In this document: positions 22,033 through 31,840 of the stretch, one piece after another | Position numbering within the stretch: the stretch's first letter is position 1 | Layout: each line of letters starts with the position of its first letter | Source of the DNA: an uncultured Gemmatimonadaceae bacterium | GTDB taxonomy: Bacteria; Gemmatimonadota; Gemmatimonadetes; Gemmatimonadales; Gemmatimonadaceae | Reading direction: 5' to 3' | Assembly: GCA_963790305.1 (NCBI GenBank) | Contig: CAWBOC010000010.1 | Coordinates: 224,001 to 288,000 of the forward strand | Length of the DNA: 64,000 nucleotides | Translations under genes and position numbers: made by a program | Notes under the pieces: generated by a model | Databases searched by the model: none | Seen by the model: the letters and a program-made list of their open reading frames with translations, nothing else | What the model was told of the DNA's origin: nothing

Positions 22033-22779
22033 TCAGGGCGTCGTCTTGCTCAGCCCCGTGACGGTGCCGTCGGTGTTGTGGGCGAACCGGACGCCGTAGA
22101 TACCATCCGTCGACTTCAGCTTCCCCGCCGTGACGAGCGCTGATTTGTCGTAGGTCGCGACCGTCTTCCCGTTGATCGCGCACTCGACCTTGTCGCCCTT
22201 GACCGACAGCGCGATCTGCTGCGTGACCGGCTGATTCTTGCCGGCCGCCTTGTTCACCGCCGCGTTCGCCTCACCGCGGCCGCCGTTCATCTGGAACGAC
22301 TCCGGCCCAAATCCTCTCACGATGAAATTGCCGTTGCCGTACGCCGAGCAGTACAGATACGACTGCTGGTCGGTGCCCATGTCGTTGCCACCGATGAACA
22401 AGCCGTATGGGTGGGGATGGTCGTTGACGTTCATGTACTGCGGCTCGTTGAACGTCGCGCTCACGGTGTAATTCCCGGTCGCGGTGTTGGCCGGATTCCA
22501 GTACACGACCGCGGGCCCCGTGGTCACGAGGAGCGTGTCGCCTCGCTGCTCCAGCTTCGCGTTCTCGAGCTTCTGTCCCGCGCTCGCTTCCTTCGGATCA
22601 ATGCGCCCGCTCCATCCCGAGGCGGCGATTCCACCAGCGGCGACTTCGCGAGTTCCCTCATCCATCGGGGCGGCGGTGGCTGTGGTGTCGCCAGCACTGC
22701 TTGTGTCCTCGCCGCGGGCGCATCCGAGTGCGACGAGCAGAGCAGCCGAGAGGGCGATGAGTCCACGTGAATGCGACAT
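22033..22779 (-). CDS. Hypothetical lipoprotein, beta-rich
   Basis: Lipobox ALGC; GC3-biased codons; no family recognised with certainty. Confidence 0.7.
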   Translation of the reverse strand: MSHSRGLIALSAALLVALGCARGEDTSSAGDTTATAAPMDEGTREVAAGGIAASGWSGRIDPKEASAGQKLENAKLEQRGDTLLVTTGPAVVYWNPANTATGNYTVSATFNEPQYMNVNDHPHPYGLFIGGNDMGTDQQSYLYCSAYGNGNFIVRGFGPESFQMNGGRGEANAAVNKAAGKNQPVTQQIALSVKGDKVECAINGKTVATYDKSALVTAGKLKSTDGIYGVRFAHNTDGTVTGLSKTTP

Positions 22780-22852
22780 CGGTCAGGCCTCGTTGTATGT
22801 GTGTCCCTTTATATGGAGGCGCTCCGTTCCGGTGCGCAAGCGGGGGAATGTC

Positions 22853-22932
22853 AGAGAGGCGCTAGAGGCGCTAGAGGCGCTAAAGGCGCTGAGCGATCCG
22901 CCTTTCAGCGCTTCTAGCGCTTCTAGCGCCTC
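22853..22932. repeat. Palindrome with tandem 9-mer arms (AGAGGCGCT x4 / AGCGCTTCT x3)
   Basis: agaggcgctagaggcgctagaggcgctaaaggcgctga...tcagcgcttctagcgcttctagcgcctc, next to the amidohydrolase stop. Confidence 0.85.
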
Positions 22933-22933
22933 C

Positions 22934-24388
22934 CTACTGCCCCCCCGTCGCCCGGGCCCCCTGAGCGATCATCTCGTCGAGGGCCGGGCGATCCAGCCAC
23001 CGGCCGCCAATCGCTACCCCTCGAATACGGGCGGTATTGGTGATGTCACTCAAAGGATTCCCGACCACGAGCACGAAGTCGGCTCTTTTGCCAGCCTCGA
23101 TGGTGCCCCATGCTGAGCTCGCGCCGAGGTATTCCGCGGGATTCCGTGTGGCCGTGACCAACGCCTCGTAGGGCGAGAGCCCCGCCTGCACCAGCGCGAC
23201 GAGCTCGCGATGCAGCCCGTAGCCGTACAAGTGAAACCACTCAGGCGTATCGGAGCCCGCGAGCAGCTTTCCACCAGAATCCTGAAGCGCCTTCACGACG
23301 TGGTTGCGAACGGCGACATACCTGGCCCGGCGCGGTGGCGTCTTGAGGCTGTCGTTGGCGGCGGCCCAGTACCGCGCGTGCGCGCGCAGATAGCCTTCGC
23401 GAAGCTGCGGCGGCCAGTGCTTGAAATCCTGGCGCGCTCTGATCGTATCGAGCGATTCACCAGTGCCGAACGCGGTGTTGAACACGTTCTGCGTTGGACC
23501 GACGTAGACGCCCGACCGCGCCACCACGCCCGCGAGCCGGTCGATCTTCCGCGAGTCGATGTAGTCGAGGCTCGGCCAGTTCCGCATGTTGAAGATGCGC
23601 CCTTGCGTGAGCGATGTCTTCATTGGCGCCGAGTCGGCGAGCGCGGCTTCCAGGAAGGAGTCCAGGTGCTCGAGCTGCTGCCGTGCCGCGGCGGCGCGCT
23701 CGACGCCGACATCGGGCTCGACGTGGCCCACCACCGCAATGTCCTGTTGCGCCGCTTCGCTGATAATGGACTCCCACACCGGGGGCGTAAGAAACAGCGT
23801 GAGCTTCACGAAGTCGTAGCCATCCCTTTTCGCGCGCCTAACGGCCTCGCGTGCTTCAGCATCCGTCGTCGTCACAATGGCATTCTCGGAGGCGCGACCG
23901 GTGAGTTGGGGACTCGCGACCCACAGCTGCGGGCCGATGACCGTCCCGGCACGGACCGCGTCGCGCAGCGCGAGCTGCTCCGGAGTTCCAATCATCAACC
24001 GCACGGCCGTCACGCCGTTTGCGACCATCACCCCCAGCTCGGCCGGCCCGGCCGAATCGGGGACCTCGTCGCCGTCGGAAAACAGGTGCGTGTGCATGTC
24101 GGCGAGGCCCGGCATCAGGTAACCGCCACCGCCGTCGACGACTCTGGCGCCCGGCGGAACTCGCAGGTCTCTTTGAGGACCGACGTACGTGATGCGACCG
24201 TCGCGGGCGAGCACCGCGGCGTCTCTCACCACCGCGTCGCCCGTCATCGGCACGACTGATACGTTCGTGATGGCGAGGTCGCCCGACGCCAACGCGCCGC
24301 GCGCGGCCAGCTGCTGCGCGGGAACGGCAGCGGTTTGCGGCTGGCACGAGACGAGGCCGGTGAATAGGGCGAGGAGAGGGAGACGCAT
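22934..24388 (-). CDS. Amidohydrolase-family lipoprotein
   Basis: LVSC lipobox; YLMPGLADMHTH; LLAGSDTP; GTIEAGKRADFVLV. Confidence 0.88.
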   Translation of the reverse strand: MRLPLLALFTGLVSCQPQTAAVPAQQLAARGALASGDLAITNVSVVPMTGDAVVRDAAVLARDGRITYVGPQRDLRVPPGARVVDGGGGYLMPGLADMHTHLFSDGDEVPDSAGPAELGVMVANGVTAVRLMIGTPEQLALRDAVRAGTVIGPQLWVASPQLTGRASENAIVTTTDAEAREAVRRAKRDGYDFVKLTLFLTPPVWESIISEAAQQDIAVVGHVEPDVGVERAAAARQQLEHLDSFLEAALADSAPMKTSLTQGRIFNMRNWPSLDYIDSRKIDRLAGVVARSGVYVGPTQNVFNTAFGTGESLDTIRARQDFKHWPPQLREGYLRAHARYWAAANDSLKTPPRRARYVAVRNHVVKALQDSGGKLLAGSDTPEWFHLYGYGLHRELVALVQAGLSPYEALVTATRNPAEYLGASSAWGTIEAGKRADFVLVVGNPLSDITNTARIRGVAIGGRWLDRPALDEMIAQGARATGGQ

Positions 24389-24492
24389 GGCTGAGCTTGT
24401 CTTGAGGGGGACGCCGCGTTCGCTCGGCAACGTTGACCGATGAGGACGCGCCTGTCACTCCCCGGGCCCGAAAGCTTTCACTTCAATGACAA

Positions 24493-25044
24493 GTGACCGT
24501 GACTCAGCTCGTCCCCGTCGACTCGGTTTCCGACATTCTCGGTGCCTACAGAAACACGCCGGTCGAATGGCTGCTACGCTACCACAATCTTTCCGAGCCC
24601 CTTCCGCCGACGAGCGGTCGTGCCACGCTGCTGGTCGGAATGTGCATGGACGATCGCAAGGACCTGGTGATTCCGAACGAGTTCGCGTTCGTGCTTCGCG
24701 CGGCGGGAGGCAACTTTCGCGATCACGCCTTCGACATCTCGTACGCCGTCGCGATTGGAGGGGTGACGGCGATCGCCCTTCTGGGACACACGAACTGCGG
24801 GATGGTCGGTGTGAGCAGGAAGCGCTCAGCGTTCATCAGGGGGCTCGTCGCGCGGGGCGGATGGGACGAGCAGCGTGCCGCCGAGCATTTCGATGAGTCG
24901 GTGGCCGTGTACGAGATCGAGGATGCCCTGACCTTCGTGCTCGAGGAGACCCATCGGCTCAGCGCTGTCTATCCGGCCGTGCTCGTGGCTCCTCTGATGT
25001 ACCGCGTCGAGGACGATCGTCTCCTGCAGATCGTGAAGGGATGA
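24493..25044 (+). CDS. Beta-class carbonic anhydrase
   Basis: GMCMDDR, VLRAAGGN, GHTNCGM (CxD...HxxC zinc ligands). Confidence 0.85.
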   Translation: MTVTQLVPVDSVSDILGAYRNTPVEWLLRYHNLSEPLPPTSGRATLLVGMCMDDRKDLVIPNEFAFVLRAAGGNFRDHAFDISYAVAIGGVTAIALLGHTNCGMVGVSRKRSAFIRGLVARGGWDEQRAAEHFDESVAVYEIEDALTFVLEETHRLSAVYPAVLVAPLMYRVEDDRLLQIVKG

Positions 25045-25050
25045 CCATGC

Positions 25051-25920
25051 CTAACGGCTGGGGCTGGTGAAGCTGAGCGGCAGCACGATTCGCGCATCGG
25101 AGCCGCCCAGTCGCCAGCCACGCGCCACTCGCACCAGGCAGGCCTCGGCCTCGGCGGCGCCCGCACCTGACCACGTGCGCTCGACAATGTGGGCCGACGT
25201 CACGCGTCCGCCCTCGACGGTGAGTCCCAGCCTGACGAGACCGGCCAGCGCCGAATTTCTCGCCAGCCCCTCCTGGTGATAGCAACGCTCGAGCTGCGGC
25301 ACATGGGCACGCGCGGCCTGGCCCACTTCGCTGGTGATTCCCGCCGCTGGCGCGCCGGCGACTGCCCGCACCTCGGGTGGCGCGATGACCACTGCGTTCC
25401 GGGCCACACCGGCACCCACGACGGTGCCGAGGCCCGCGCCGCTCGGGGACAGTCCGCCACCGCGGACCCTGCCAGGCGTCTGCGATCCGATCCCGGTGGC
25501 CAGACCAACCTTGCCGCCCGTGGGCTCACCCGCCGCTGACCCAGTCGGCGCGACATCCACGCCCCGAAGCAAACTGCCGGCGTCCACGAGCCCTGCACTC
25601 CCGGAGAATGCGTCGCGCATACTCCCGGCGCCCGGTGATCCAACAGGCGCTGATGCCCGAACGCCTCGACCGCCGTCGCTCGCTCGACTCCGGATGGGTG
25701 GTTGCGCCAACGGAGCGGTCAGCGGGTTCCAGGTGATGACGGGCGGCCCATGGTCAACCAGCGGGGGGAGGAGTGGCCGGGGCATCGAGTGCACGAGCAG
25801 CAGCCACGCCGTCGCGAGTAGCGAGGCGACGAGATACGAAACGAACAGCGGTCGATCTTCCTCGGACGCGAGCTCGAACCGCAACGTCGTATCGAAGCTG
25901 GAGCGCTCGGGACGGGACAT
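25051..25920 (-). CDS. Membrane-anchored protein with AgmX/PglI (TonB C-like) C-terminal domain
   Basis: N-terminal TM helix, Gly-rich linker, QLERCYHQEGLARNSALAGLV...EACLV...IVLPLSF. Confidence 0.7.
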   Translation of the reverse strand: MSRPERSSFDTTLRFELASEEDRPLFVSYLVASLLATAWLLLVHSMPRPLLPPLVDHGPPVITWNPLTAPLAQPPIRSRASDGGRGVRASAPVGSPGAGSMRDAFSGSAGLVDAGSLLRGVDVAPTGSAAGEPTGGKVGLATGIGSQTPGRVRGGGLSPSGAGLGTVVGAGVARNAVVIAPPEVRAVAGAPAAGITSEVGQAARAHVPQLERCYHQEGLARNSALAGLVRLGLTVEGGRVTSAHIVERTWSGAGAAEAEACLVRVARGWRLGGSDARIVLPLSFTSPSR

Positions 25921-26034
25921 GGGCCACCTCACGAGATAGTTTCTTACGTAAGACGTCTACCGGCCAAGCTGTTGCACACGTCCCCCCGCATACCCCGGTG
26001 TCAGCGCCAAGATTCGCGTCGTCCATCCCAAACC

Positions 26035-26958
26035 ATGCGTTTCGCGACCCTGCTTCTGTCTTTCGCCGTCGCTACGGCGGCTGGCGCCCAATCCGTCGAG
26101 AACCAGATCCGAACTGAGGTCGACCGCTATGTAGCGGCGATCAACAGCGGAAACGCCGGCGGTGTGGCCGCCCTGTACGTCAACGAGCCGACGACTTCGA
26201 GTGTCGGCGACGGACAGATCAATCGGGGGTGGCAGCGCATCGCCGACTTTCTCGCCCAGGTCTACCAGCAGGCGGGCACGGTCCGGATGACGAGCGACTC
26301 TCTGCTCGTAACGCCGCTGGGTCGCGAGGCCGCGATCGCCGTCCTCCGGTATACGTGGACGTCGCGCCGAGCAGGCACGGAGCCCGTGACTGGCGCCATG
26401 ACGCTCGCGTACGTGAGAACACCGCACGGCTGGCGCGTCGCGCACGCTCACACGAGCGCGCTCCAGACTGCCGGCGTCGCGTTAGGGGCGCTTGCGGCGG
26501 CCAGAGACTCCGGTCCGGCGGGACCGCGTCGTCAGACGGTGTCCTGCACCGTCACCCGAATCACCAATGGAGATGGCATCGTCTGCAGCCGGATCGGGAG
26601 GGTCCGTCTCATCGGCATCGATACGCCGGAGATGAACCAGCGGCCGTTCGGAAAACAGGCCGCCGATGCGCTTGGTGCGATGATCCGCGTCGGCAGCGTC
26701 GTGCGCCTGGAGCCTGATGTCGAGGAACGAGACCCGTATCGTCGCGCCCTCGCGTATGTGTGGGTTGACCGAACAATGGTGAACTGGCGTATGGTTCGGG
26801 AAGGCTGGGCCGTCCTGTTGACCTACCCGCCTAACGTTCAGTACGTGGACGCGTTCGCCGACGCCGAGCGTCTCGCGCGCGAGGAGAAACGAGGGTTGTG
26901 GGCGACGGGCGGGTTTGATTGCACTCCAGCCGAGCATCGCCGCCAGCAGTGTGAGTGA
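26035..26958 (+). CDS. Secreted SnoaL/NTF2-like domain fused to a thermonuclease (SNase) domain
   Basis: Signal peptide; NTF2-like end RTPHGWRVAHAHTS; SNase RVRLIGIDTPE, DPYRRALAYV, VNWRMVREGWA, AREEKRGLW. Confidence 0.82.
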   Translation: MRFATLLLSFAVATAAGAQSVENQIRTEVDRYVAAINSGNAGGVAALYVNEPTTSSVGDGQINRGWQRIADFLAQVYQQAGTVRMTSDSLLVTPLGREAAIAVLRYTWTSRRAGTEPVTGAMTLAYVRTPHGWRVAHAHTSALQTAGVALGALAAARDSGPAGPRRQTVSCTVTRITNGDGIVCSRIGRVRLIGIDTPEMNQRPFGKQAADALGAMIRVGSVVRLEPDVEERDPYRRALAYVWVDRTMVNWRMVREGWAVLLTYPPNVQYVDAFADAERLAREEKRGLWATGGFDCTPAEHRRQQCE

Positions 26959-27032
26959 ATCCTCCTCTTGCGCGCAGGCGTACGTCGAGGAAGTCTTTCC
27001 CTGTCACAGTCCTCGTCCTCATCCTCAGAACA

Positions 27033-28448
27033 ATGCGCGCATTTCGCCAAATCCTGGTCGTGCTGGGCCTGGCGGTCTCTTTCGCTGGCGCCCTTTCACA
27101 TGCTGACGCGCAGCAGCGCCCCTCGCGTGCCGCGCTGCAGCGAACCGTCGATTCTCTCGCCGCCAACGCGCTCCGCGAAGGGCCGGTGGGAGGGATATCG
27201 ATCGCCGTCGTTCGTGGGAGAGACACCGTCGTCATGAAGGGCTACGGCCTCGCCGACGTCGAGAACGACGTCCCGGCGACGGCCCAGACGGTCTATCGCA
27301 TTGGGTCGATCACCAAGCAGTTCACCGCGGCCGCGGTGCTGCAGCTCGCGGAGCAGGGAAAGGTATGGGTCGACGACACGATCGGCGGACGCGTGCCCAA
27401 CCTGCCCGCTTCGTGGCGGAAGGCGACGATTCGTCAGCTCCTGAACCATACGTCCGGCATTCCGAGCTACACGAGCGCCGGGCCACGCTGGCAGACCCGG
27501 ATGCGCATTGATCTGCCGCACGATTCGCTCATCGGCATCGTCGCCAACGACTCAATGGATTTCCCGCTCGGCACACAATGGCGCTACAACAACACCGGCT
27601 ACTACCTGCTCGGCATGATGATCGAGCGCCTCACCGATCGCTCGTACGCCGAGGTCGTGCGTGACCAGCTGGTCAAGCCGTTAGGCCTGCAGGCGACGAT
27701 GTACTGCAGCACGCGGCCGGTCATCAAGCGACGGGCGCAGGGCTATCAGGTCGATCAGGATGAGAAGCTCGTCAACGCCGACCCCCTGAGCATGAATCAG
27801 CCCTTCGCGGCCGGCTCGCTGTGCTCGACCGTGGGCGATCTCATCGCGTGGCAGCGCGCGCTTGCGGCGGGCCGGGTCGTCAAGCCGGAATCGTATACGG
27901 CGATGATCACCCCGCAGGGAGCGGCGGCCGGCCGGGGCTACGGGTACGGGCTGTCGAAAGACACGCTCGCCGGCCGCACGCGCATTCAGCACGGCGGGGG
28001 GATCAACGGGTTCAACTCGATGCTGCAGTACTTTCCCGCTGACACACTCTCGATCGCCGTTCTCGTCAACACCAACGGGCCGTGGGCTGACCGCATCGCG
28101 AACAACATCGCTCGTGCCGCACTCGGGGTGCCGCTCGTGGCATCCCCGGCGCGGCTCGCCGACCTTCCCACGACCGCGGAAGAACGCGCGCGGTTCGCTG
28201 GGACCTATCGGCTCCTGTTGCCCAACGGAAGCACCCTCAACCTTCGTGTCTTCGAGCGTGATGGAAGGCTGTTCGCACAGGGGGACGGTCCAGGCCAAGG
28301 CGAAATTTCGCTGCGATATCAGGGGAACAGCACGTTCGGCGCGTCGTTCGACCCCTCGATGCGGTTGACGTTCGCGGCGGGCTCGCCCACTCCCAAGGTC
28401 ACGCTGCTCCAGGGCGGCGCGACGATCGACGGCCCTCGGGTTCCCTAG
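27033..28448 (+). CDS. Serine hydrolase, beta-lactamase class C-like family
   Basis: YRIGSITKQFTA (SxxK), WRYNNTGY (YxN), IQHGGGING. Confidence 0.9.
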   Translation: MRAFRQILVVLGLAVSFAGALSHADAQQRPSRAALQRTVDSLAANALREGPVGGISIAVVRGRDTVVMKGYGLADVENDVPATAQTVYRIGSITKQFTAAAVLQLAEQGKVWVDDTIGGRVPNLPASWRKATIRQLLNHTSGIPSYTSAGPRWQTRMRIDLPHDSLIGIVANDSMDFPLGTQWRYNNTGYYLLGMMIERLTDRSYAEVVRDQLVKPLGLQATMYCSTRPVIKRRAQGYQVDQDEKLVNADPLSMNQPFAAGSLCSTVGDLIAWQRALAAGRVVKPESYTAMITPQGAAAGRGYGYGLSKDTLAGRTRIQHGGGINGFNSMLQYFPADTLSIAVLVNTNGPWADRIANNIARAALGVPLVASPARLADLPTTAEERARFAGTYRLLLPNGSTLNLRVFERDGRLFAQGDGPGQGEISLRYQGNSTFGASFDPSMRLTFAAGSPTPKVTLLQGGATIDGPRVP

Positions 28449-28459
28449 GCAGCGACGCC

Positions 28460-28858
28460 ATGCCTAACCACTGGCTGCTCAAGACCGAGCCCTCGACGTA
28501 CAGCTGGGATGACCTGGTGCGCGAAAAGACGGCGGTGTGGGATGGTGTCAGCAATCCGGTCGCCTTGAAGAATCTCGCCGCGATGAGGCCGGGCGATGAC
28601 GCGGTGATCTATCACACGGGGGACGAGAAGGCCGTCGTCGGGCTCGCGCGTGTGACGAAAGCGGCGTACCCGGATCCCAAGGCGAAGGACCCGAAGCTGC
28701 TGGTCGTGGAGCTGGCCCCGGTGAAGCCGTTGTCGCGCCGGGTCACCCTCGCCGAGATCAAGGCCGACCAGCAGTTCAAGGAGTCAGCGCTCGTAAGGCA
28801 GGGACGGCTGTCGGTCGTGCCACTCTCCGAGGCCCAGTTCGCACGGTTCATGACCTGA
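28460..28858 (+). CDS. EVE-domain protein
   Basis: HWLLKTEPSTYSWDDL, WDGVSN, IYHTG, LVRQGRLSVVP. Confidence 0.92.
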   Translation: MPNHWLLKTEPSTYSWDDLVREKTAVWDGVSNPVALKNLAAMRPGDDAVIYHTGDEKAVVGLARVTKAAYPDPKAKDPKLLVVELAPVKPLSRRVTLAEIKADQQFKESALVRQGRLSVVPLSEAQFARFMT

Positions 28859-28870
28859 TCCGGGAGCTGT

Positions 28871-30830
28871 ATGCGCGCGCACCTGACATTACTCGTGGCG
28901 GTCCTCCTCGTGTCCACCGGCCGCCACCCCGGACCCGGTGTGGCGGAGCCGGCTCTTCCTAACGACAATCGGGCGCCCGCGGGCCGGATGGCGAAAGGCG
29001 TGCTGCAGATTCGCCTCGAGGCGCGCGAAGCACGATGGCATCCGGAAACCGAGCGAGGCGTCGGCGTACCCGTGTTTGCCTTCGCGGAAGCGGGGAAACG
29101 CGCGCGAATTCCCGGTCCGATGATTCGCGTGCAGCGCGGAACGATCGTCGAGGCGACGATCCGGAATCTGCTACCGAAGGCGGTGGCGGTGGGCGGCCTG
29201 CGAGCGCGCGGAGACGCTGGGTCGGACTCGATCGTCGTCGCACCTGGCGCGGAGGTCACGCTCCGGTTTCCCGCCGATCTCGAGGGAACCTACTTCTACT
29301 GGGGACGAACCGAGGGATTCCCGCCGCTGCCCGGGCCCGGTACGGGGCGCGACGCGACCCTGAGCGGGGCCTTCATCATCGATTCGCCGAATGCCCGCCC
29401 GATCAAGAACGAGCGCGTCCTTGTGCTGAGCTCGTTCTCCGACTCGGTGCCTGAGCTCGGGATCAAGCCGGAGGCTGCCGATGTCGTACTGCGTCGGGAA
29501 GAGCATCCCCCGCGATCGCTGGTTCATCACCTCCGTCAACGGTCTGTCGTGGCCGCACACGGAGCGACTGACCTACACGGTCGGCGATACGGTGCGCTTT
29601 CGCCTGATCAACACCGGCCGCTTTCCGCACCCAATGCACCTGCACGGATTCTACTTCAGGGTGAACGCGAGAGGAGACGCGCGCCGCGATACAATGTACG
29701 AGCCGTCGATGGAGCGGGAGGTCGTCACGGAATGGCTTCCCGTCGGGACGACGATGAGCCTCTCCTGGATTCCCTCGCGCGCCGGGAACTGGATGTTCCA
29801 CTGTCACCTGGTGACGCACATCAGCGACGTACTTCGCCTGTCGGAGGGGACCCGGGCGTCAGGCGCTCGCGCACCCCACGCCGATCACGCCGAGCGTGGC
29901 ATGGCCGGCCTGGTGACCGGGATCTACGTGAAGCCGAACGGTCGAACGGCATCGGCCGCTGAGCCACCCCGTCGGCGGATGCGAGTCCACGTGACGGAGA
30001 AGGCGAACGTCTACGGCGACCGGCCGGGACGCAGCTACGTGCTCCAGGAAGGAAGTCGCCCGCCCGCTGCTGACTCAATCGCATTCCCGAGCTCCACCCT
30101 TGTGCTCCATCAGAACGAGCCGACGGAGATCACGGTGATCAACTCGGGGAGAAGCCCCACGACGATCCACTGGCATGGGATCGAGATCGAGAGCGTCTAC
30201 GATGGCATTGGTGGTTGGAGCGGATGGGGCGAGCGCGTGGCACCGGTCCTGGCACCCGGCGATTCGTTCGTCGCTCGCCTCACGCCTCCGCGCGCGGGGA
30301 CGTTCATCTATCACACCCACGTCGAAGAGGCCGAACAGATGGCTGCCGGCCTATTCGGGGCGCTGATCGTAGTGCCGCATAACGCGCATCCCGACACCAC
30401 CGATCGCCTCGTGCTCATCGGCATGGCCGGGCCGCACGACGATGCTCCGCCGTCTGTCAACGGTTCCGCGACGCCGCCACCGATCGAGCTCCGCGCCGGA
30501 GTGAAGTACCGGTTCCGGTTCATCAACATCTCGCCAATGGAAACACGCACGGCGCAGCTGCTTCGGTCGGATACCGCGCAGAGCTGGCGCGCGCTCGCGA
30601 AGGATGGATTCGAGTTGCCGGCGGCGCAGGCGGTCGCGAAGTCGGCGATAGCCCCGCTCCATGCTGGCGAAACGTTCGACTTCGAGGTCGTTCGTGCGGG
30701 GGCCGAGTCACTCACCCTTCGGCTCCTCGGTCCGCAATCCATCGCTGCACGCCGGGCATTTTTCGCGCGCGCCAAACCCGGCGAGCGCATGGCCCCGCTC
30801 GTTCTCGACATTCCGGTGATCGTTCGGTAA
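28871..30830 (+). CDS. Multicopper oxidase domain protein; frameshift near 29498
   Basis: HPMHLHGF, GNWMFHCHLVTH, TIHWHG, GTFIYHTH; signal peptide. Confidence 0.85.
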
Positions 30831-30846
30831 TTTGGCTGTGGGAGAA

Positions 30847-31021
30847 GGAAGCAGCCCCGTGGACGTAGTCCTCGTGGTCTGCGCGTCGCCCTCCCTACTG
30901 GTCTCCAGGGTTCGACTCCCTCCTCGTTCCGCCATGGCGGGCCAGCGCATTCGCGCACTGGAATGAACGCCCTGCAGGCTCGCGCCTCCGCGGTCGTTCC
31001 GGGGTTCGCCGTGGCGGAACG
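30847..31021 (+). ncRNA. Candidate structured RNA: degenerate tRNA-like module plus long hairpin in the slipin leader
   Basis: T-arm aggg-TTCGACT-ccct and 3' ttccGCCA (30907-30934); 19-bp stem 30925-30943/31003-31021; 9-bp stem 30958-30966/30994-31002. Confidence 0.45.
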
Positions 31022-31042
31022 CTTTCCAGCTTCGACACCACC

Positions 31043-31840
31043 ATGGTTCCTGAAACGCTCTTCGGCATCCTGCTCGCCCTCGTGGCGCTCCTCACGCTTC
31101 GCGCCACTGTGCGCAGCGTAACGATTTTCGAGTTTGAGCGTGGACTGAAGTACTCGCGCGGCAAGTTCCGCGCGGTGCTCGGGCCGGGACAGTACTGGTA
31201 CATGCCGCGCGTCACCTCGATTCGCGCGATCGACATGCGCACGAGTGTCGCGGCCTTGTCGGGACAGGAGGTGCTCAGTGCGGACGGTGTCGCGCTCAAG
31301 GTGAGCGTCGCCGCGAAGTACCACGTCGTGGATCCGGCGAAGGCGGTGAATGCCGTGGACAACTATGCGACCGCCCTCCATACCGAGCTGCAGCTCGCGC
31401 TGCGCGCCGTTATTTCCGGCAGCGAGGTGGACGCCCTGCTCCGTCAACGGGCGACGTTAGGCGCGAGGCTCACCGAGCTCGCGGCCGAGCCCATTCGCGC
31501 CCTTGGGCTGGAGCTGGTGGCGGCCGAGATCCGCGATCTCACGCTGCCGGGCGAGCTGAAGAAGATCTTCTCGCAGGTCGTGCGGGCGCGCCAGGAAGGG
31601 CTGGCCGCGCTCGAGAAGGCTCGCGGCGAGACCGCCGCGCTTCGCAACCTCGCCAACGCCGCTCAGATGATCGAGCGCAATCCGCACCTCATGCAGCTGC
31701 GACTCCTTCAGGTGCTGGGGCAGCAGTCCGGCAACACCGTTGTGCTGGGGGTCCCGGCCTCGAGCGGGCCGATTCCCGTGCGCAGCGTTGACACGCCGCC
31801 TCAGATTCCCCCGCAGGGGATAGACGCGAGCGAGAGTTAG
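31043..31840 (+). CDS. Slipin / SPFH (band 7) family protein
   Basis: N-terminal TM; IFEFERGLKY, GQEVLSADGVALKV, ALEKARGETAALRNLANAA. Confidence 0.9.
   Translation: MVPETLFGILLALVALLTLRATVRSVTIFEFERGLKYSRGKFRAVLGPGQYWYMPRVTSIRAIDMRTSVAALSGQEVLSADGVALKVSVAAKYHVVDPAKAVNAVDNYATALHTELQLALRAVISGSEVDALLRQRATLGARLTELAAEPIRALGLELVAAEIRDLTLPGELKKIFSQVVRARQEGLAALEKARGETAALRNLANAAQMIERNPHLMQLRLLQVLGQQSGNTVVLGVPASSGPIPVRSVDTPPQIPPQGIDASES

Noticed and set aside
26035..28858. Anti-phage defence island (nuclease plus EVE domain)
   Set aside because: The nuclease is secreted, EVE is stand-alone, a serine hydrolase separates them, and no other defence genes are present.
30847..30934. Functional tRNA-Sec (selC)
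   Set aside because: There is no anticodon arm or TCA anticodon and the acceptor stem has two mismatches; kept only as tRNA-like.
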